64,000 nucleotides of DNA from Octopus vulgaris (taxonomy: Eukaryota). Made by a program: the position numbers and the translations under genes. Where the stretch lies: positions 187,736,001 to 187,800,000 of the forward strand of contig OX597814.1 of assembly GCA_951406725.2 (NCBI GenBank), read 5' to 3'. The stretch's first letter is position 1; every line of letters begins with the position of its first letter. The notes under the pieces were generated by a model. That model saw only the letters and a list, made by a program, of their open reading frames with translations, was not told where the DNA came from and did not search any database. This document shows positions 1 through 12,007 of this stretch, piece by piece.

Positions 1-15
1 CAATACCTAACAATA

Positions 16-415
16 GGCGCAGGAGTGGCTGTGTGGTAAGTAGCTTGCTAACCAACCACATGGTTCCGGGTTCAGTCCCACTGCGTGGCATCTTGGGCAA
101 GTGTCTTCTACTATAGCCCCGGGCCAACCAATGCCTTGTGAGTGGATTTGGTAGACAGAAACTGAAAGAAGCCTGTCGTATATATGTATATATATGTATG
201 CGTGTGTGTTTGTGTGTCTGTGTTTTTCCCCTTAGCATTGCTTGACAACCAATGCTGGTGTGTTTACGTCCCTGTAACTTAGCGGTTCGGCAAAAAGAGA
301 CCGACAGAATAAGTACTGGGCTTACAAAGAGTAAGTCCCGGGGTCGATTTGCTCGACTAAAGGCGGTGCTCCAGCATGGCTGCAGTCAAATGACTGAAAC
401 AAGTAAAAGATAAAG
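16..415 (+). mobile_element. tRNA-derived SINE, group A (full length)
   Basis: Head GGCGCAGGAGTGGCTGTGTGGTAAG...GGTTCAGTCCC with A/B-box-like motifs, central TA/TG tract, tail GACTGAAACAAGTAAAAGA. Near-identical copies at 12008, 27133, 33480. Confidence 0.9.
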
Positions 416-726
416 ATAGAACTGAATCTCTCAATCAATGAACTTTTGTCATCTGTCAAAGATGGTCTGTGTTTCTGGACCTAGAAAGTTCCTATCCCAA
501 GGTGTAGACGTTTTATCATTTATCTTTTACTTGTTTCAGTCTTTGAACAGTGGCCATGCTGAGGCACCATCTTGAAGGGTTTAGTAAAAAAAAAATTGAC
601 ACCAGTACTTATTTTTAAACCTGATATTTATTCTATTGGTCTCTTTTTTTGCCAAACTGCTAAGTTACTGGGATATAAGCAAATCAACTCTTGTTCCCAA
701 ATGTTGGTGGGAGACAAAGACCAACA

Positions 727-880
727 AAGTGTAGTATCTGTTCTTATCAGCTTAATATCTGATACGGTCCCTATTTGGGGCCATCAATATTTAAGTGATT
801 TTTAGAAGTGCTAAGGGCTTGCTCCACCTTTGCCACGGATTGGCCTGGTATTGCAGTGCTTCTAGGATTCAGCGCATCTC
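727..880 (+). pseudogene. U2: 5'-truncated U2 snRNA copy
   Basis: AAGTGTAGTATCTGTTCTTATCAGCTTAATATCTGATACG matches the U2 branch-point recognition and stem IIa region. Sm site GATTTTTAG (797-805). Stem-loop IV CCTGGTATTGCAGTGCTTCTAGG. About the first 28 nt of U2 are missing. Confidence 0.9.
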
Positions 881-939
881 CCACCCAGCACACAACCGGC
901 CCCAGCCCATTCGAAGTACCTTGGATCGCAGGTCGGCCT

Positions 940-1293
940 GCGGTGCTTACCTTGGATCGTGGGGCGACCTGCTGTGCTTGAGGAGACCTATTGAGTCAAG
1001 TACATCAATATCAAAATAAAAATCAAATGGAATTGTAGTTGTGATACCCGTGCTGGTGGCATGTAAAAAGCACCAATCGATTGTGGCTGTTTCCAGCCTC
1101 CTCTGGCCCCTGTGCCAGTGGAACATAAAAAGCACCCACTACACTCACAGACTGGTTGGCATTAGGAAGGGCATCCAGCTGTAGAAACACTGCCAGATCA
1201 GAAGAGTCTGGTTCAGCCTCCTGGCTTCCCAGACCCCAGTTGAAGCGTCCAACTCATGCTCGCATGGAAAACAGATATTAAACAATGATGATG

Positions 1294-1295
<2 letters not shown>
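940..1295 (+). mobile_element. RTE LINE 3' UTR fragment
   Basis: Matches the 3' UTR of the RTE at 29530-30212 (GGAAGGGCATCCAGCTGTAGAAAC ... CATGCT.GCATGGAAA ... (GAT)n). Confidence 0.85.
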
Positions 1296-1330
<35 letters not shown>

Positions 1331-1394
1331 GACATATACATATAGACACACATATACATATATATACATGTACACGTACACAAACACACACACA

Positions 1395-1635
1395 TACACA
1401 CACACACACATGTAAACTGACACTCTGTTGGTTACAACAAGTGTTCCAATTGATCAATGGAACAGCCTGCTCATGAAACTAACAAAACTAACATACAAAA
1501 TTACAGGCACAACTCATTTTTGCCAGCTGAATGGACTGAAGTAAAGTGTCTTGCTTAAGGACACAATGTGCCACTAGGAATCGAACTCATGACCTCTTCA
1601 TCATGAACTGAATACCCTAACCACCAAGCCACTTG
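1395..1635 (-). mobile_element. SINE fragment sharing its tail with the group D copy at 53098
   Basis: GATCAATGGAACAGCCTGCTCATGAAA is the reverse complement of 53395-53420; tRNA-like head remnant at 1540-1630. Confidence 0.55.
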
Positions 1636-2119
1636 CTTTCACATATACATACACATACATATATTTTTGATGGACTTCTTTCAGTTTCCATCTACCATAT
1701 CCACTCACAAGGCTTTGGCCAGGCTGGGATTAAAGTGGGAGACACTTGTGCAAAGTGCCATGCAGTGGGACTAAACCCAGTCTGCCATACTGGACTGTTG
1801 TTATCTTATCAACTTCAAAAGGATAAAGCTCAAAGTTGACCTCAGTAACATTTGAACTTGGACACATTACTGCAAAATATTTTGTCTAGCATTCTAACAA
1901 CTTTGCAAATTCACAAAATTCACAAGTTGCTGCAGATAAGCATTAAACCTCACAATCTTTAATGAGCACTTCTGGTGAGCTCACATATAACATCACTAAA
2001 TTTGCATCTTAAAGTTAAGCTTCCCTTTTAGAACCTTTTTAACTTGATAAGTTTTGATCTTCTCCAAAGCTCAGAGCCGCTGACACTAGAGTATCGATTA
2101 CATATTTGGAATGGTGTTA

Positions 2120-2425
2120 TTCATCATCATCCTCGTTTAACATCCGCTTTCCATGCTAGCATGGGTTGAATGATTTGACTGAGGACTGGTGAACCAGATG
2201 GCTGCACCAGGCTCCAATCTTGATCTGGCAGAGTTTCTACTGCTTGATACCCTTCCTAACGCCAACCTCTCCGAGAGTGTAATGGGTGCTTTTACATGCC
2301 ACTGGCACGGAAGCCAGTTAGCTGCTCTGGCAACGATCACGCTCGGATGGTGCTGTTGGCGCCCCACAAGCAGGGATGCCAGTCATCGAATTTGATTTCG
2401 ATTTCACTTGCCTCAACAGGTCTTC
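2120..2425 (-). mobile_element. RTE LINE 3' UTR fragment
   Basis: (CAT)n CGTTTAACATCCGCTTTCCATGCTAGCATGGG is the reverse complement of the RTE 3' end. Confidence 0.85.
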
Positions 2426-2439
2426 GCAATATTGATTTC

Positions 2440-2645
2440 AAATTTTGGCACAAGGCTAGCAAGTTCAAGGGAGGCAGGAAGTTGATTATATTGACCCCAG
2501 TGCTCAACTGGTACTCATTTTATCAACCCCCAAAAAGTGAAAGGTAAAGTTGACCTCAGTGGAATGAACTCAGAACATAAAGATGGATGTAATGCCACTA
2601 AGCATTTTGATTGCCATGCTCATGATTCTACCGGCTAGCCACCTT
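2440..2645 (-). mobile_element. SINE group C
   Basis: Reverse complement of the core GTTCTGAGTTCAAATTCC...GACTTTGCCTTTCATCCTTTCGGGGTCGATAAA seen at 32585 and 51423. Confidence 0.75.
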
Positions 2646-2751
2646 TCTTTTACACAATATTACACTCCAAAACATCCTAGACCATAAACATTTAGTTGAC
2701 TCACTCTGCAACGTGTTACCACTGGCTCACACATAGACTATTTCTTCTCTC

Positions 2752-3364
2752 GAATCTTTACCTTTTGACCTACAGATTTAAAAAATAATTTTTTGTAACT
2801 GAACACTTTCTAACTTCGGACACTGGTAGAATGTGTCATATAAAACATCTTTTACTCTTAGCATTTTTGAGAAAAACTTATATTTACAAAGTTATTTCAT
2901 GTTAAAGTTGTCCTATTTTGGTAATTTCAACCAATCAGTGATGTGTGTTCAGCTGAATAAAATTACTGCTGTTGTTTGTCAACAACAACTTCCGGCAGTG
3001 TATAATTTGTTTGTCACTGTTATTTATGACAACCCTAACCCTAAAACCTTAAAGCTAATAAAACCAGTACAAATGCACGAATGATGTCATAAATAACAGT
3101 GGCAAACGAAAAATACACTGCCAATAGTTGTTGTTGACAAACAACGGCAGCAATTTTATTCAGGTGAATACACGTCGTCGATTGGTTGTAATTACCGAAA
3201 TAGGACAACTTTAACGTGAAATAACTTCATAAATATAATTTCTTCTCAAAAATGCTAAGAGTAAAAGATGTTTTATATGACACATTCTACCAGTGTCTGA
3301 AGTTTGAAAGTGTTTAGTTACAAAAAATTATTTTTTAAATCTGTAGGTCAAAAGGTAAAGATCC
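2752..3364. mobile_element. Foldback MITE, GGATC-terminus family
   Basis: Imperfect TIRs of about 270 bp (GAATCTTTACCTTTTGACCTACAG... / ...CTGTAGGTCAAAAGGTAAAGATCC). Flanks CTTCTCTC / TTTCACTC match at 6 of 8. Internal CCCTAA repeats. Confidence 0.85.
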
Positions 3365-3617
3365 TTTCACTCCACTATTTCTACATTGATCTTTACTCTT
3401 CTGAATTAGCAAATGCATACAACCAATGCCTTTATGCATTCAATGTCTCTGTTTTTTTCTCTACTCATCAACCCTACTGTGTTGTGTCTCTCTACATATA
3501 CGCCTGACATAAACATTTTCTGCTCCCTTCCCAGAACAATGCACTTCTAAAATTCTTTCTCCACTCATATTTCTCTCACTAATTTTAACTCTTAACTTCT
3601 TGTAAGATGTGTGTGCT

Positions 3618-3655
<38 letters not shown>

Positions 3656-3994
3656 TGTGCATGTGTGTGTGTGTGTGTGTATACATACAATTATTATTAC
3701 CCCTACCTGCATCAAAGACCTTGAAGCACTTCAGGAAAAAGCAGCAGATATTCCAAAAAATCTTCTAATAACTTATTCTGCTACATTACTAATTAATGGT
3801 CCTTTGTATTGGAGAATTTTGGCAAAATTAATGTTGTATTACATAACAACAAATTTTTTTTATTATTATATGGGATATGAAAATCATTTGTAGAAAAGTC
3901 ACTAACCTAAGCACTTGCATTGCTGTTGTTTCACTAACTGCTTATTATTAAGTCTACCAAATAGATCAGTAAGATTAGTGAGATTACTATAGGT

Positions 3995-4218
3995 CAGCAT
4001 TTCTTAACTGTTTTTTTACCAGTGAACACCTTTGATTCCTATTTTACTCAGATGGACCCTCCCAGCCATTCAATGTTTAAAAAATCGTAATATATTTTTA
4101 TTAGATATCGTTAGGAATTGTATAAAAGAAACTGTTAAAATATTTTGTGTATAAATTTTAAGAGTAATATTTTATATGGACACCCAAGAGCCATATGGAC
4201 CCCAGTTGAGAATCACTG
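3995..4218. mobile_element. hAT-Charlie-like MITE
   Basis: Termini CAGCATTTCTTAACTG / CAGTTGAGAATCACTG; 8-bp flanks CTATAGGT / CTACAGAT. Confidence 0.7.
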
Positions 4219-4775
4219 CTACAGATCTTAAAATGTTAGAACTCAACATATTGAGAAATTACATTAGTGACACTGCATTTCTATACGGTGCCATTTCTTA
4301 GGATAAAGCAAAGCTGGTAGCTGTCAGGATTTAATGAAAGAATTACAATAGAGTCTGTGTAAGAGTAGAGAAGTCAATGCAAATAGTATGTGAAGTAATG
4401 TGTAGTGGAAACAAGTAACTTTCTAAAAATCTGTACAAAAGGAAGAATAGATTCTGCATTAAAATAAAACAATATGGAAAAACTTATCATTCAAAGAGAA
4501 GAATTCCTGAATTTTAGACCTGGTTGCCAATAGTTCAAGACAATGTGCTATATCAGATATAAAAATAGAATTGTGTAGTAGAATGTGTTTGGACTAAATT
4601 CAAATTCAACAGTAGCTCAAAGCTAATTATGTTTTTGCTCTAAAATAAGTCCAAGTGTCTTTGAAATCTCAGATTTAGCAATGTTAAGAATATAAGGTTT
4701 CTAAGAGTTTGCTTTATAATGAATAGAGCTCTTTTATTTTGGAATTATACAAGAGAGGTGTCAGGTATTCATTAA

Positions 4776-4998
4776 CCCTTTTGTTACCATATTTCTGTTG
4801 AAATACACTGCCTTTGTTTCACTTAATTTTGAAAATAATAAAGAATTTAGAGAAATAACGATTGTCATGTTGAAGCCACTGCTTGGAACATAAATTAACA
4901 TGAAATTTTCATGTAAGGTCTTAATTTAGATCACTTTAAAAAAGCGAATTTGTATCATAGAATCAAGAGTAGTCTCAAGTGGGTTGCTACCAAACTGA
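4776..4998. mobile_element. piggyBac-like MITE, diverged inverted copy of 40997-41217
   Basis: TTAA|CCCTTTTGTTAC start; body is a diverged reverse complement of 40997-41217; TTAA at 4999-5002. Confidence 0.65.
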
Positions 4999-5203
4999 TT
5001 AAAGATCAAAGAGAAAAATCCTGGACTGAACAAATGTTTGATGAAGGCGTTCATATTTGCGATGCTTAAGATTTCAGATTTACATGTTTGGAGATGTATG
5101 TCATGAGAAAAGAAGTGAACACAAACAATAGCAATTGATGGAGATAAGCTAGAAAGCTGTGAATCCAACATATCCTTTGGATTTAAAAAAAGAAATTTTA
5201 TTA

Positions 5204-5716
5204 CCGTAAATCCTCGAGTATAATCCACATTTTTTTCCCAAAATTTAAAGGTCAAAATCCCTAGTGCGTACTATATACAAGGTTAAAAATGAAAAATATC
5301 TTTAAGCAATGTCTGAGTCTCTATTTGCTGTCCGGCAATGCTTATTCAGACGCATTTTGTAATGTCAGGCGCGAAAATACCTTAAGCTAAGCCTGAAAGC
5401 AATGAAGTCATAAAAGAATCATCCATAACTTGCAATAAGCAACATTTATTAAACGTTATTACTGTTATTACTGTTATTTCTTTGCAAACAAAATGCACAA
5501 AAAAGCTACACGTTTGCATTATGTTATATATATAATAATAATAAAGGATGTTACTGTATACATTATTACAAACCAAGGACGTTATAATAACCTCCTTGAC
5601 TCAAGTTAGAAAAGAGGTGCATATTACACACAAGGTTTAGGTTTTTCAGAGGTACAGCCCCCTAAAATTCCCCTGTGTATTATACTCAAGGGCGGACTAT
5701 ACTCGAGGATTTACCG
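5204..5716. mobile_element. Tc1/mariner-pogo (Tigger-like) MITE
   Basis: TA|CCGTAAATCCTCGAGTATAATCC ... GGACTATACTCGAGGATTTACCG|TA; TA target duplication. Confidence 0.85.
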
Positions 5717-5779
5717 TACTTTTATTTTCTATTGGAAGTCACTCTCAGCAAGGTGACAAGCAACTGACTAGCAACACAA

Positions 5780-6180
5780 TAGGCTTTAAGTGACCACTTA
5801 GTGTGTAGGAGTTACAAATGAAAAGGAAAGGAGAAAAATCTAGTGTGAAACTACCCTAAGAATCATAAAATGATCAATGCAAGGTTTAAAAGAATTCTGG
5901 AAAACATAAAGGAAAAGAATTCCATAAGAAAGATGTTAAATGAAAGAAACTACTAGAGTAGAAACACTTCTTACAAAGGGAAAACAACAATGAATGAATG
6001 AGAATTAGCAAAAAGCTGAGTCACTTGATTAGTAACCTTAAGAGGCAGTACAAGAGAAGAAAGTCTTGCAGAACAATAACCATGGGAGCATTTATAGAAT
6101 AATGATAATGAAGCACTGTACCAGAAATTTAACTGCTCAAACAGGATCAGTATCATTAGAAACTTGCTTCTGAATTTGAT
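5780..6180 (-). mobile_element. Degenerate CR1/L2-group LINE 3' end
   Basis: Minus-strand peptides SASLSLFYKCSHGYCSARLSSLV and YSSSFFHLTSFLWNSFP resemble the C-terminal motifs of CR1/L2-group ORF2. Confidence 0.55.
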
Positions 6181-6197
6181 CAAGGAGAGACAATATC

Positions 6198-6430
6198 TGT
6201 TTCTTTATTACCCACAAGGGGCTAAACATAAAGGGTACAAACAAGGACAGACAAACGGATTAAGTCGATTATATCGACCCCAGTGCATAACTGGTACTTA
6301 ATTTATCGACCCCGAAAGGATGAAAGGCAAAGTCGACCTTGGCGGAATTTGAACTCAGAACGTAACGGCGGAAGAAATATGGCTACGCATTTCGCCCGGC
6401 GTGCTAACATTTCTGCCAGCTTGCCGCCTT
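6198..6430 (-). mobile_element. SINE group C with 14-bp TSD
   Basis: Full head, core and tail; TSD GGAGAGACAATATC at 6184-6197 and 6431-6444. Confidence 0.9.
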
Positions 6431-6648
6431 GGAGAGACAATATCAACATTTTCTTAGTTCACTAGTACCACACTCTTGATTACTGAATTAGTCGACCTTG
6501 GTGGAATTTGAACTCAGAATGTAGCGGTGGACGAAATGCGGCTACGCATTTCGCCCGGCGTACTAACGTTTCTGCCAGCTTGCCGCCTTGGAGAGACAAT
6601 ATCAACATTTTCTTAGTTCACTAGTACCACACTCTTGATTACTGAATT
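6331..6648. repeat. Tandem 159-bp duplication (SINE head plus flank)
   Basis: 6331-6489 is repeated at 6490-6648. Confidence 0.85.
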
Positions 6649-7429
6649 CTTATTTAAGACTATTGTCAATTGACATTGACTTATTTTGTAATTGCATAAT
6701 TTATAATGTATTGGTGTATCTCATGCTGCATGTTGAGGGCTCATATACTTGCGTGTGATTTACCACCACTCAGTGAGAAAACAACATAGCCAAATGACAA
6801 ACAGTCACAGTATTAGATAACAAATAACTGTCAACTTCAAGCTTTGATACTTGTTTAAGCATCATTGCTTAGCTGTGATTTCTTACACGTTCGTAACACT
6901 TCATCAGAATGTTAGTGTTTTCAGCAATAAACTGGGTAAACAAGGAGAAAGGAATCAATTCTTAGCAGTTAGCAAACCCAGGCACCAAAACTGTTAATCG
7001 TTGATTAACAAAGTTAACATTTTCATTAACGATTTAACTTTTAGTTATCTTTGGAAATCATTATCAGACTAATTAACTTCTGTTACATTTAACTTTTGTT
7101 AATCAATTAATTCATTAAAAATATAACAGAAGTTATCAATAAACCATTAACGTTAATTTTTATTATATCAAAAAAAAGAAAAAATCTGTTTTTGCTCAAA
7201 AACCACCTAAAAACACCTTTAAAATGTGCCAAAACTATAAAATCAGCCTTTTTTGGCCTTTTTAAGGGCTTTAAAATCCAAAAACTATAGTTTTTTTTTT
7301 TTTACTTTTGAGTTAAATAATGCTGATTTTATGGTTTTAACTTTTAAAAGACCTAAAAAAGGCTGATTTCATAGTTTTGGTCCCTTTTAAGTTTTTAAAG
7401 TCTTTTAGAGCCAGAAAAGAGTAAAAAGA

Positions 7430-9095
7430 TGCAGTTTTCAAGAGGCCTTACAGAACTGCTATGGCCAAGGTGCATGTACTCTGGAGCCAGCAAGATCACA
7501 GCATTGTAGCAGCAGACAACATCTATGCTGAAGTAGAGAGGAGACTGGTTGTCCCCAACATGAGACAGAACTCTACCTATGACTCTATGGTGGTCCTGAA
7601 CACCATCCTGGAGACTAAGAGGCCTATTCTTCACAGAGTCATGACCCAGTTGAAGGTCAACAGCCTTAAAAACCAGGATGTTGACTTAATGAAGGAGTAT
7701 GCCAAGGTAATAAATTAATAATAAAATAATATTATATCATATTATTATAACTTATATTATACGAGCAAAACGACCCCCCCCCCATGACGGTGCTGAGTTG
7801 TCAAACATTTAAACCAAATTTTCACAAAACAACTTGTCCAACTGTCCCATATTCCTCCCCTTTGAGAAACACTGATTTAACCTAAATTTGAGACACCAGC
7901 AAAAGAAGAAATAAAGATAGACTTATTTTCTATTCCAAAGAAAAAAGATTTTATTCACTTTATCGATCGCATTCTCACCTGGAATCGATTTTTGTAATTT
8001 TTTCAAGACTTATACACACCCTGATACTATCGGTATCTACATATCAAATTTGAGCACAATCGAATGGAGGATGCCCAAGATCCTAGAAGACACACACACA
8101 GACAGAATGGATTTTATATAATAGATATGATATTATATTAGCAACTGCTAGTGCATGAGCTGTTGATAGAACCAATATATAATATTCAGAACACCTTGAA
8201 GAACTTCAGCTTCGAGACACATATCATATCATATATTAATTATTAATATAATACTAAAATAATATTATAGATACTAAATTACAAAAATAATAATGACATC
8301 TGATTTGACAATATATTTTTTACTAGTTTGTTTCACTACAAATTTGAATTTCTAAATTTGCTAATTCTCCATTATTTTATTTCCAAGTTACATCACCTGT
8401 GGCCAAAGCTCTCAAGAAGATCCAGAGGAAGAGACAAGCCTACCTTGGGACTCTGCTACCAACAGTTGCTGTGACGATCTTTAGGCTCAATGACTTGAAG
8501 TCCAAGGGTCTCGTCTACTGCAGCCCCTTGGCCAATGCACTTTTGACTGGCATCAACAAAAGGTTTAGGATCCTTCTGGAAGATGAGTATTGCCAGCTGG
8601 CTGCTGCCTTCCACTCCAGGTTTTGTCTCATCTGGTTGAATAAGAATGACAACACCAAGATCACCAAGGTGAGGAAAAGCATTGGAGGGTAAAGTCAAAG
8701 AGGCCATGAAGCAGCAGTCTGATGAAGTGAGCAACAACCGTGGAGGCAGCAACAACAAAGAGGAAGATGTCAACCAGCCAAAAGAGAGCAGCAAGAGCCA
8801 CAGGTCACTCAAGGACAAGGCCCAGAATTTGTTCAAGATGTGGTTGGAGATGAACTCCAAGGACTTACTGATAGATGCTGCCTTCTTGGGTGAGTAAGTG
8901 TTGATAGACTTGTTCAAGTTCAACTCAGCCATCCCCTCCAATGCTGCAGTAGAGTGTTTGTTCTCTATGGGCAAGGACATCTTGAGGGTCAAGAGATCGT
9001 CCCTGTCTGATGAAAACTTTGATATACTAATTTTTATGAAGGGCAACATGCATCTCATGAACAAAATGGAGAACAAGAAGAAGAGGAAAAAATAA
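7430..9095 (+). pseudogene. hAT transposase remnant, two exons (~7430-7706 and 8387-9095)
   Basis: VPNMRQNSTYDS resembles TRWNS. Splicing gives EYAK|VTSPVAKALKKIQ...YLGTLLPT. C-terminal hATC dimerisation motif IPSNAAVECLFS...RSSLSDENFDILIFMK. Frameshift near 8685 and stop at 8895-8897. Confidence 0.85.
7762..8125 (-). mobile_element. Possible non-autonomous Helitron inside the hAT intron
   Basis: Minus strand starts A|TCTATTATATAAAA..GTCTGTGTG and ends ...GCTCG|T (CTAG-like); 3' hairpin is degenerate. Confidence 0.4.
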
Positions 9096-9789
9096 ATTAT
9101 GTATATATTGTGTTTTTCATTGTTTTTATTTTAATTTTTTATGGCCACTTTATCAATAAACCTTTTTAATTTAATACTGATATTGTGTTTCATTTGAGTT
9201 TTTCTTTTTTTTTTACCCTTTTCTGGTTCTAAAGGACTTTAAAAATCTAAAAAAGAAACCAAAACTATGAAATCAGCCTTTTTTAGGTCTTTTAAAAGTT
9301 AAAACTATAAAATCAACATTTTTAAACTCAAAAGCAAAAAGAACTATAGTTTTGGGGTTCTAAAGCCCTTAAAAAGGCAAACAAAGGTTGATTTTATAGT
9401 TTTGGCATTTTTTAAAGGTGTTTTAGGTGGCTTTAGAGCAAAAACTGATTGTTTTTTTTTTCTATAATAAAAATTAACATTAATGGTTTATTGATAACTT
9501 GTGTTACATTGTTTAAGAATTAACTGATTAACAGTTATTGAACTTTTTGGTTAACGGATTAACAGTTAACGAAGTTAACTTTTCGATTACTGGTGCCCAC
9601 CTTTGGTAGATAGTATGTGCAAAAATTTTGTGCTGTGTAAAGTATCTGACTTTATTTTTTTTTCACCAAAACTAATGCCACATGGGCAAAATCCTTTAGG
9701 TAGGAGGTGATGCCACAATTTCTGCACATGAGTGGAAATTTTCCTGTTAGTAGGCTTCAGCAGTTCCAAGCAGTTAAGCCTAAAGTACA

Positions 9790-10735
9790 GACATGTAGTG
9801 TGCACTCATCAGATTTTTGTTTTCACCAAATGCATCAAGTAGAGATATTACATCAAGTTTTGCCAAAGACTCGGTGATATTCAAGCACAAAACTTTCAGA
9901 AGATTCTACAAGCTTTTGGAGATGATGCCATGGGCAAAACTCAAATCAAGAAGTGGTACAATTGCTACAAATTATGGCTGCACCTCAGTGGAGAGTGAGG
10001 GAGTGAGGCATGTTCAGCCAGGCCATCCACAAGCTGAAATGAGGATCTGATTGAGAAGTTTCTGGAAGACTGTCATGTAGCAATCCAAGAAATATAAAGT
10101 GGGAATAAGTACATGATCAGTGCATTCCATTTTAACAGAGAGTTTGTGAATGCAGGGTATGTTGGCAAAATTTTTTCCTCAAAGCACTGGCAGAGCAGCA
10201 GAAGCAAGTGGAGGCGCAATGGCCCAATGGTTAGGGCAGCAGACTCACAGTCGGAGGATTGTGGTTTCAATTCCCAGACCGGGCGCTGTGTGTGTTTATT
10301 GAGCAAAAACACCTAAAGCTCCACAAGGCTCCGACAGGGGATGGTGGCGACCCCTGTTGTACTCTTTCACTCCAACTTTCTCTCACTCTTTCTTCCTGTT
10401 TCTTGTCCCCGACTTCCTATGCAACCGCTGAGCCTGGATGCGCATTCATCCATCCGTCGATGCTCTCAGTGTCGGGGGTTGACCTGCTTTCTCTTCTGCG
10501 AGTCTTACGAATAGCAGAGGACCACGTTTCGAACTTCTCCCACTACAGAGGCACGATCTTGCGAGCTGTGGAATGAAGACTGCTTCGCTCAACAAACAAA
10601 CAAACAAACAAGCAAACAAAGCAGCAGAAGCAACTCCATATGGAAATCACTCAGGACATGCTGGACTGAGTAAAACCATGACCTGAACTACATGAAGACC
10701 AACATTACTGGTGACGAGACATGGGTTTATGGTCT
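9790..10735 (+). pseudogene. mariner transposase remnant split by a group D SINE
   Basis: YYIKFCQRLG...AFGDDAMGKTQIKKWY (HTH region, with frameshifts) and ITGDETWVYG (first catalytic D motif) at ~10705-10733. Confidence 0.85.
10208..10619 (+). mobile_element. SINE group D (tail type 1, (AAAC)n)
   Basis: tRNA-like head GTGGAGGCGCAATGGCCCAATGGTTAGGGCAGC; TSD AGCAGCAGAAGCAA at 10194-10207 and 10620-10633. Confidence 0.9.
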
Positions 10736-11029
10736 CTGCTTGATGTGTTTGATTATCTTGCATGAAAACAAAAAAATCCAATATGCACACAATATATGTC
10801 AGTACTCTAGGCATAACAGCCTGGAACTGATGTAGCCTACCTGTGCAAATATTTTCCTGCATGTACTGGAAGGGTTGTGTCACTTCCCACCCAAAGGACT
10901 TTGTTCATGTGACATTAATTTTGGTGGGGGGAAAATAAAGATCTTAGCAAGAAACAAAGATGCTTCAAATCTCTAAGATTGTGGAGGCACAGTATTTTAA
11001 GTGTGTAGGTATTTCTCTCTCTTTCTCTT

Positions 11030-11265
11030 TTACTAGTTTCAGTCATTTGACTGCGGCCATGCTGGAGCACCGCCTTTAGTTGAGCAAATCGACCCCAGGA
11101 TTTATTCTTTGGAAGCCTAGTACTTATTCTATCAGTCTCTTTTGCCGAACTGCTAAGTTACGGGGACGTAAACACACCAGCATCAGTTGTCAAGTGATGT
11201 TGGGGGGACAAACATATACACACACATACATATATATATATAAACATATACACAACGAGCTTCTT
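11030..11265 (-). mobile_element. SINE group A, 3' part
   Basis: Reverse complement of the group A tail and body. Confidence 0.85.
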
Positions 11266-11532
11266 TGTGGAAATTTCTTTCTTATGTGGAAATTTTAAAA
11301 CATTGAACATTCATAATGTTTCTAAGTTTAGTTTTCACTAGAATTAGTAATGTGTCCTATATTTGAAGTCAAAAAAATAGTGATCAATTAACTGAAACAT
11401 TGTATGGAAGAGAATTGTAGAGAACCAAATAATTCAATACCTTTTTAAAATATCAATATGAATACATAATTAGCAAAAGTCCAACTCCAGAATAATTTCT
11501 TTAAATTCTAGTGTCAATATTAACTATTTTGA

Positions 11533-11750
11533 AGGTTGTGAGTTGGCTGAATCGTTAGCACACCAGGCAAAATGCTTCACAGTATTTCATCCATCTATAT
11601 ATTCTGAGTTCAAATTCCACCAAGGTTGACTTTGCCTTTCATCTTTTCGGGGTCAATAAAATAAGGACCAGTCAAAGGCTGGGGTCGATGTAATCAACAA
11701 TCCCCCATCCCTGAAATTACTGGCCTTGTGTCAAAATTTGAAACCAATAT
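11533..11750 (+). mobile_element. SINE group C
   Basis: Head GGTTGTGAGTTGGCTGAATCGTTAGCA, core GACTTTGCCTTTCATC, tail GGCCTTGTGTCAAAATTTGAAACC. Confidence 0.8.
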
Positions 11751-12007
11751 TTACAATGTATAATACCTACAATTTGATGAGGTTGATCTGAAAGTCTTTA
11801 CAAGTATTATTAACACCTCAATCCAATTCAAAAACAACAGAATGCTGATCCACAGAATTTTGATGATGAAGAAAGGATACCCTAAATTTCTTTCAATTAC
11901 AATTCTGTTACTTAACTCTGTTATTTAAATTGAAATCAAGTTATTTATATATTTTTTTTTCCATAAGCTATTAATTTTATAAAGATGTTAAATAATTTTC
12001 TGATATA

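Larger units (their letters stand above)
520..1780 (-). mobile_element. Old group A SINE interrupted by nested insertions (tail 520-722, head ~1640-1780)
   Basis: Reverse-complement tail at 520-722 and reverse-complement head at 1665-1780, separated by the U2/RTE-tail insert and another SINE fragment. Confidence 0.6.
6973..9605 (+). mobile_element. Internally deleted hAT transposon with long inverted arms
   Basis: Termini CAAACCCAGGCACC / GGTGCCCACCTTTG; 8-bp flanks GCAGTTAG / GTAGATAG; GTTAAC-rich subterminal repeats; inverted arms ~6973-7425 vs ~9215-9605; transposase remnants inside. Confidence 0.85.

Noticed and set aside
727-760. U2-specific retrotransposon (Utopia/Keno) junction
   Set aside because: Upstream sequence is a group A SINE, not a LINE 3' end.
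6862-6911. Possible minus-strand hammerhead (CATT-CTGATGA...GAAA...AATG)
   Set aside because: No NUH triplet or stem III at the required position.
8456-9076. 206-aa minus-strand ORF
   Set aside because: Antisense shadow of the hAT transposase; likewise 28131-29285 for the RTE ORF.
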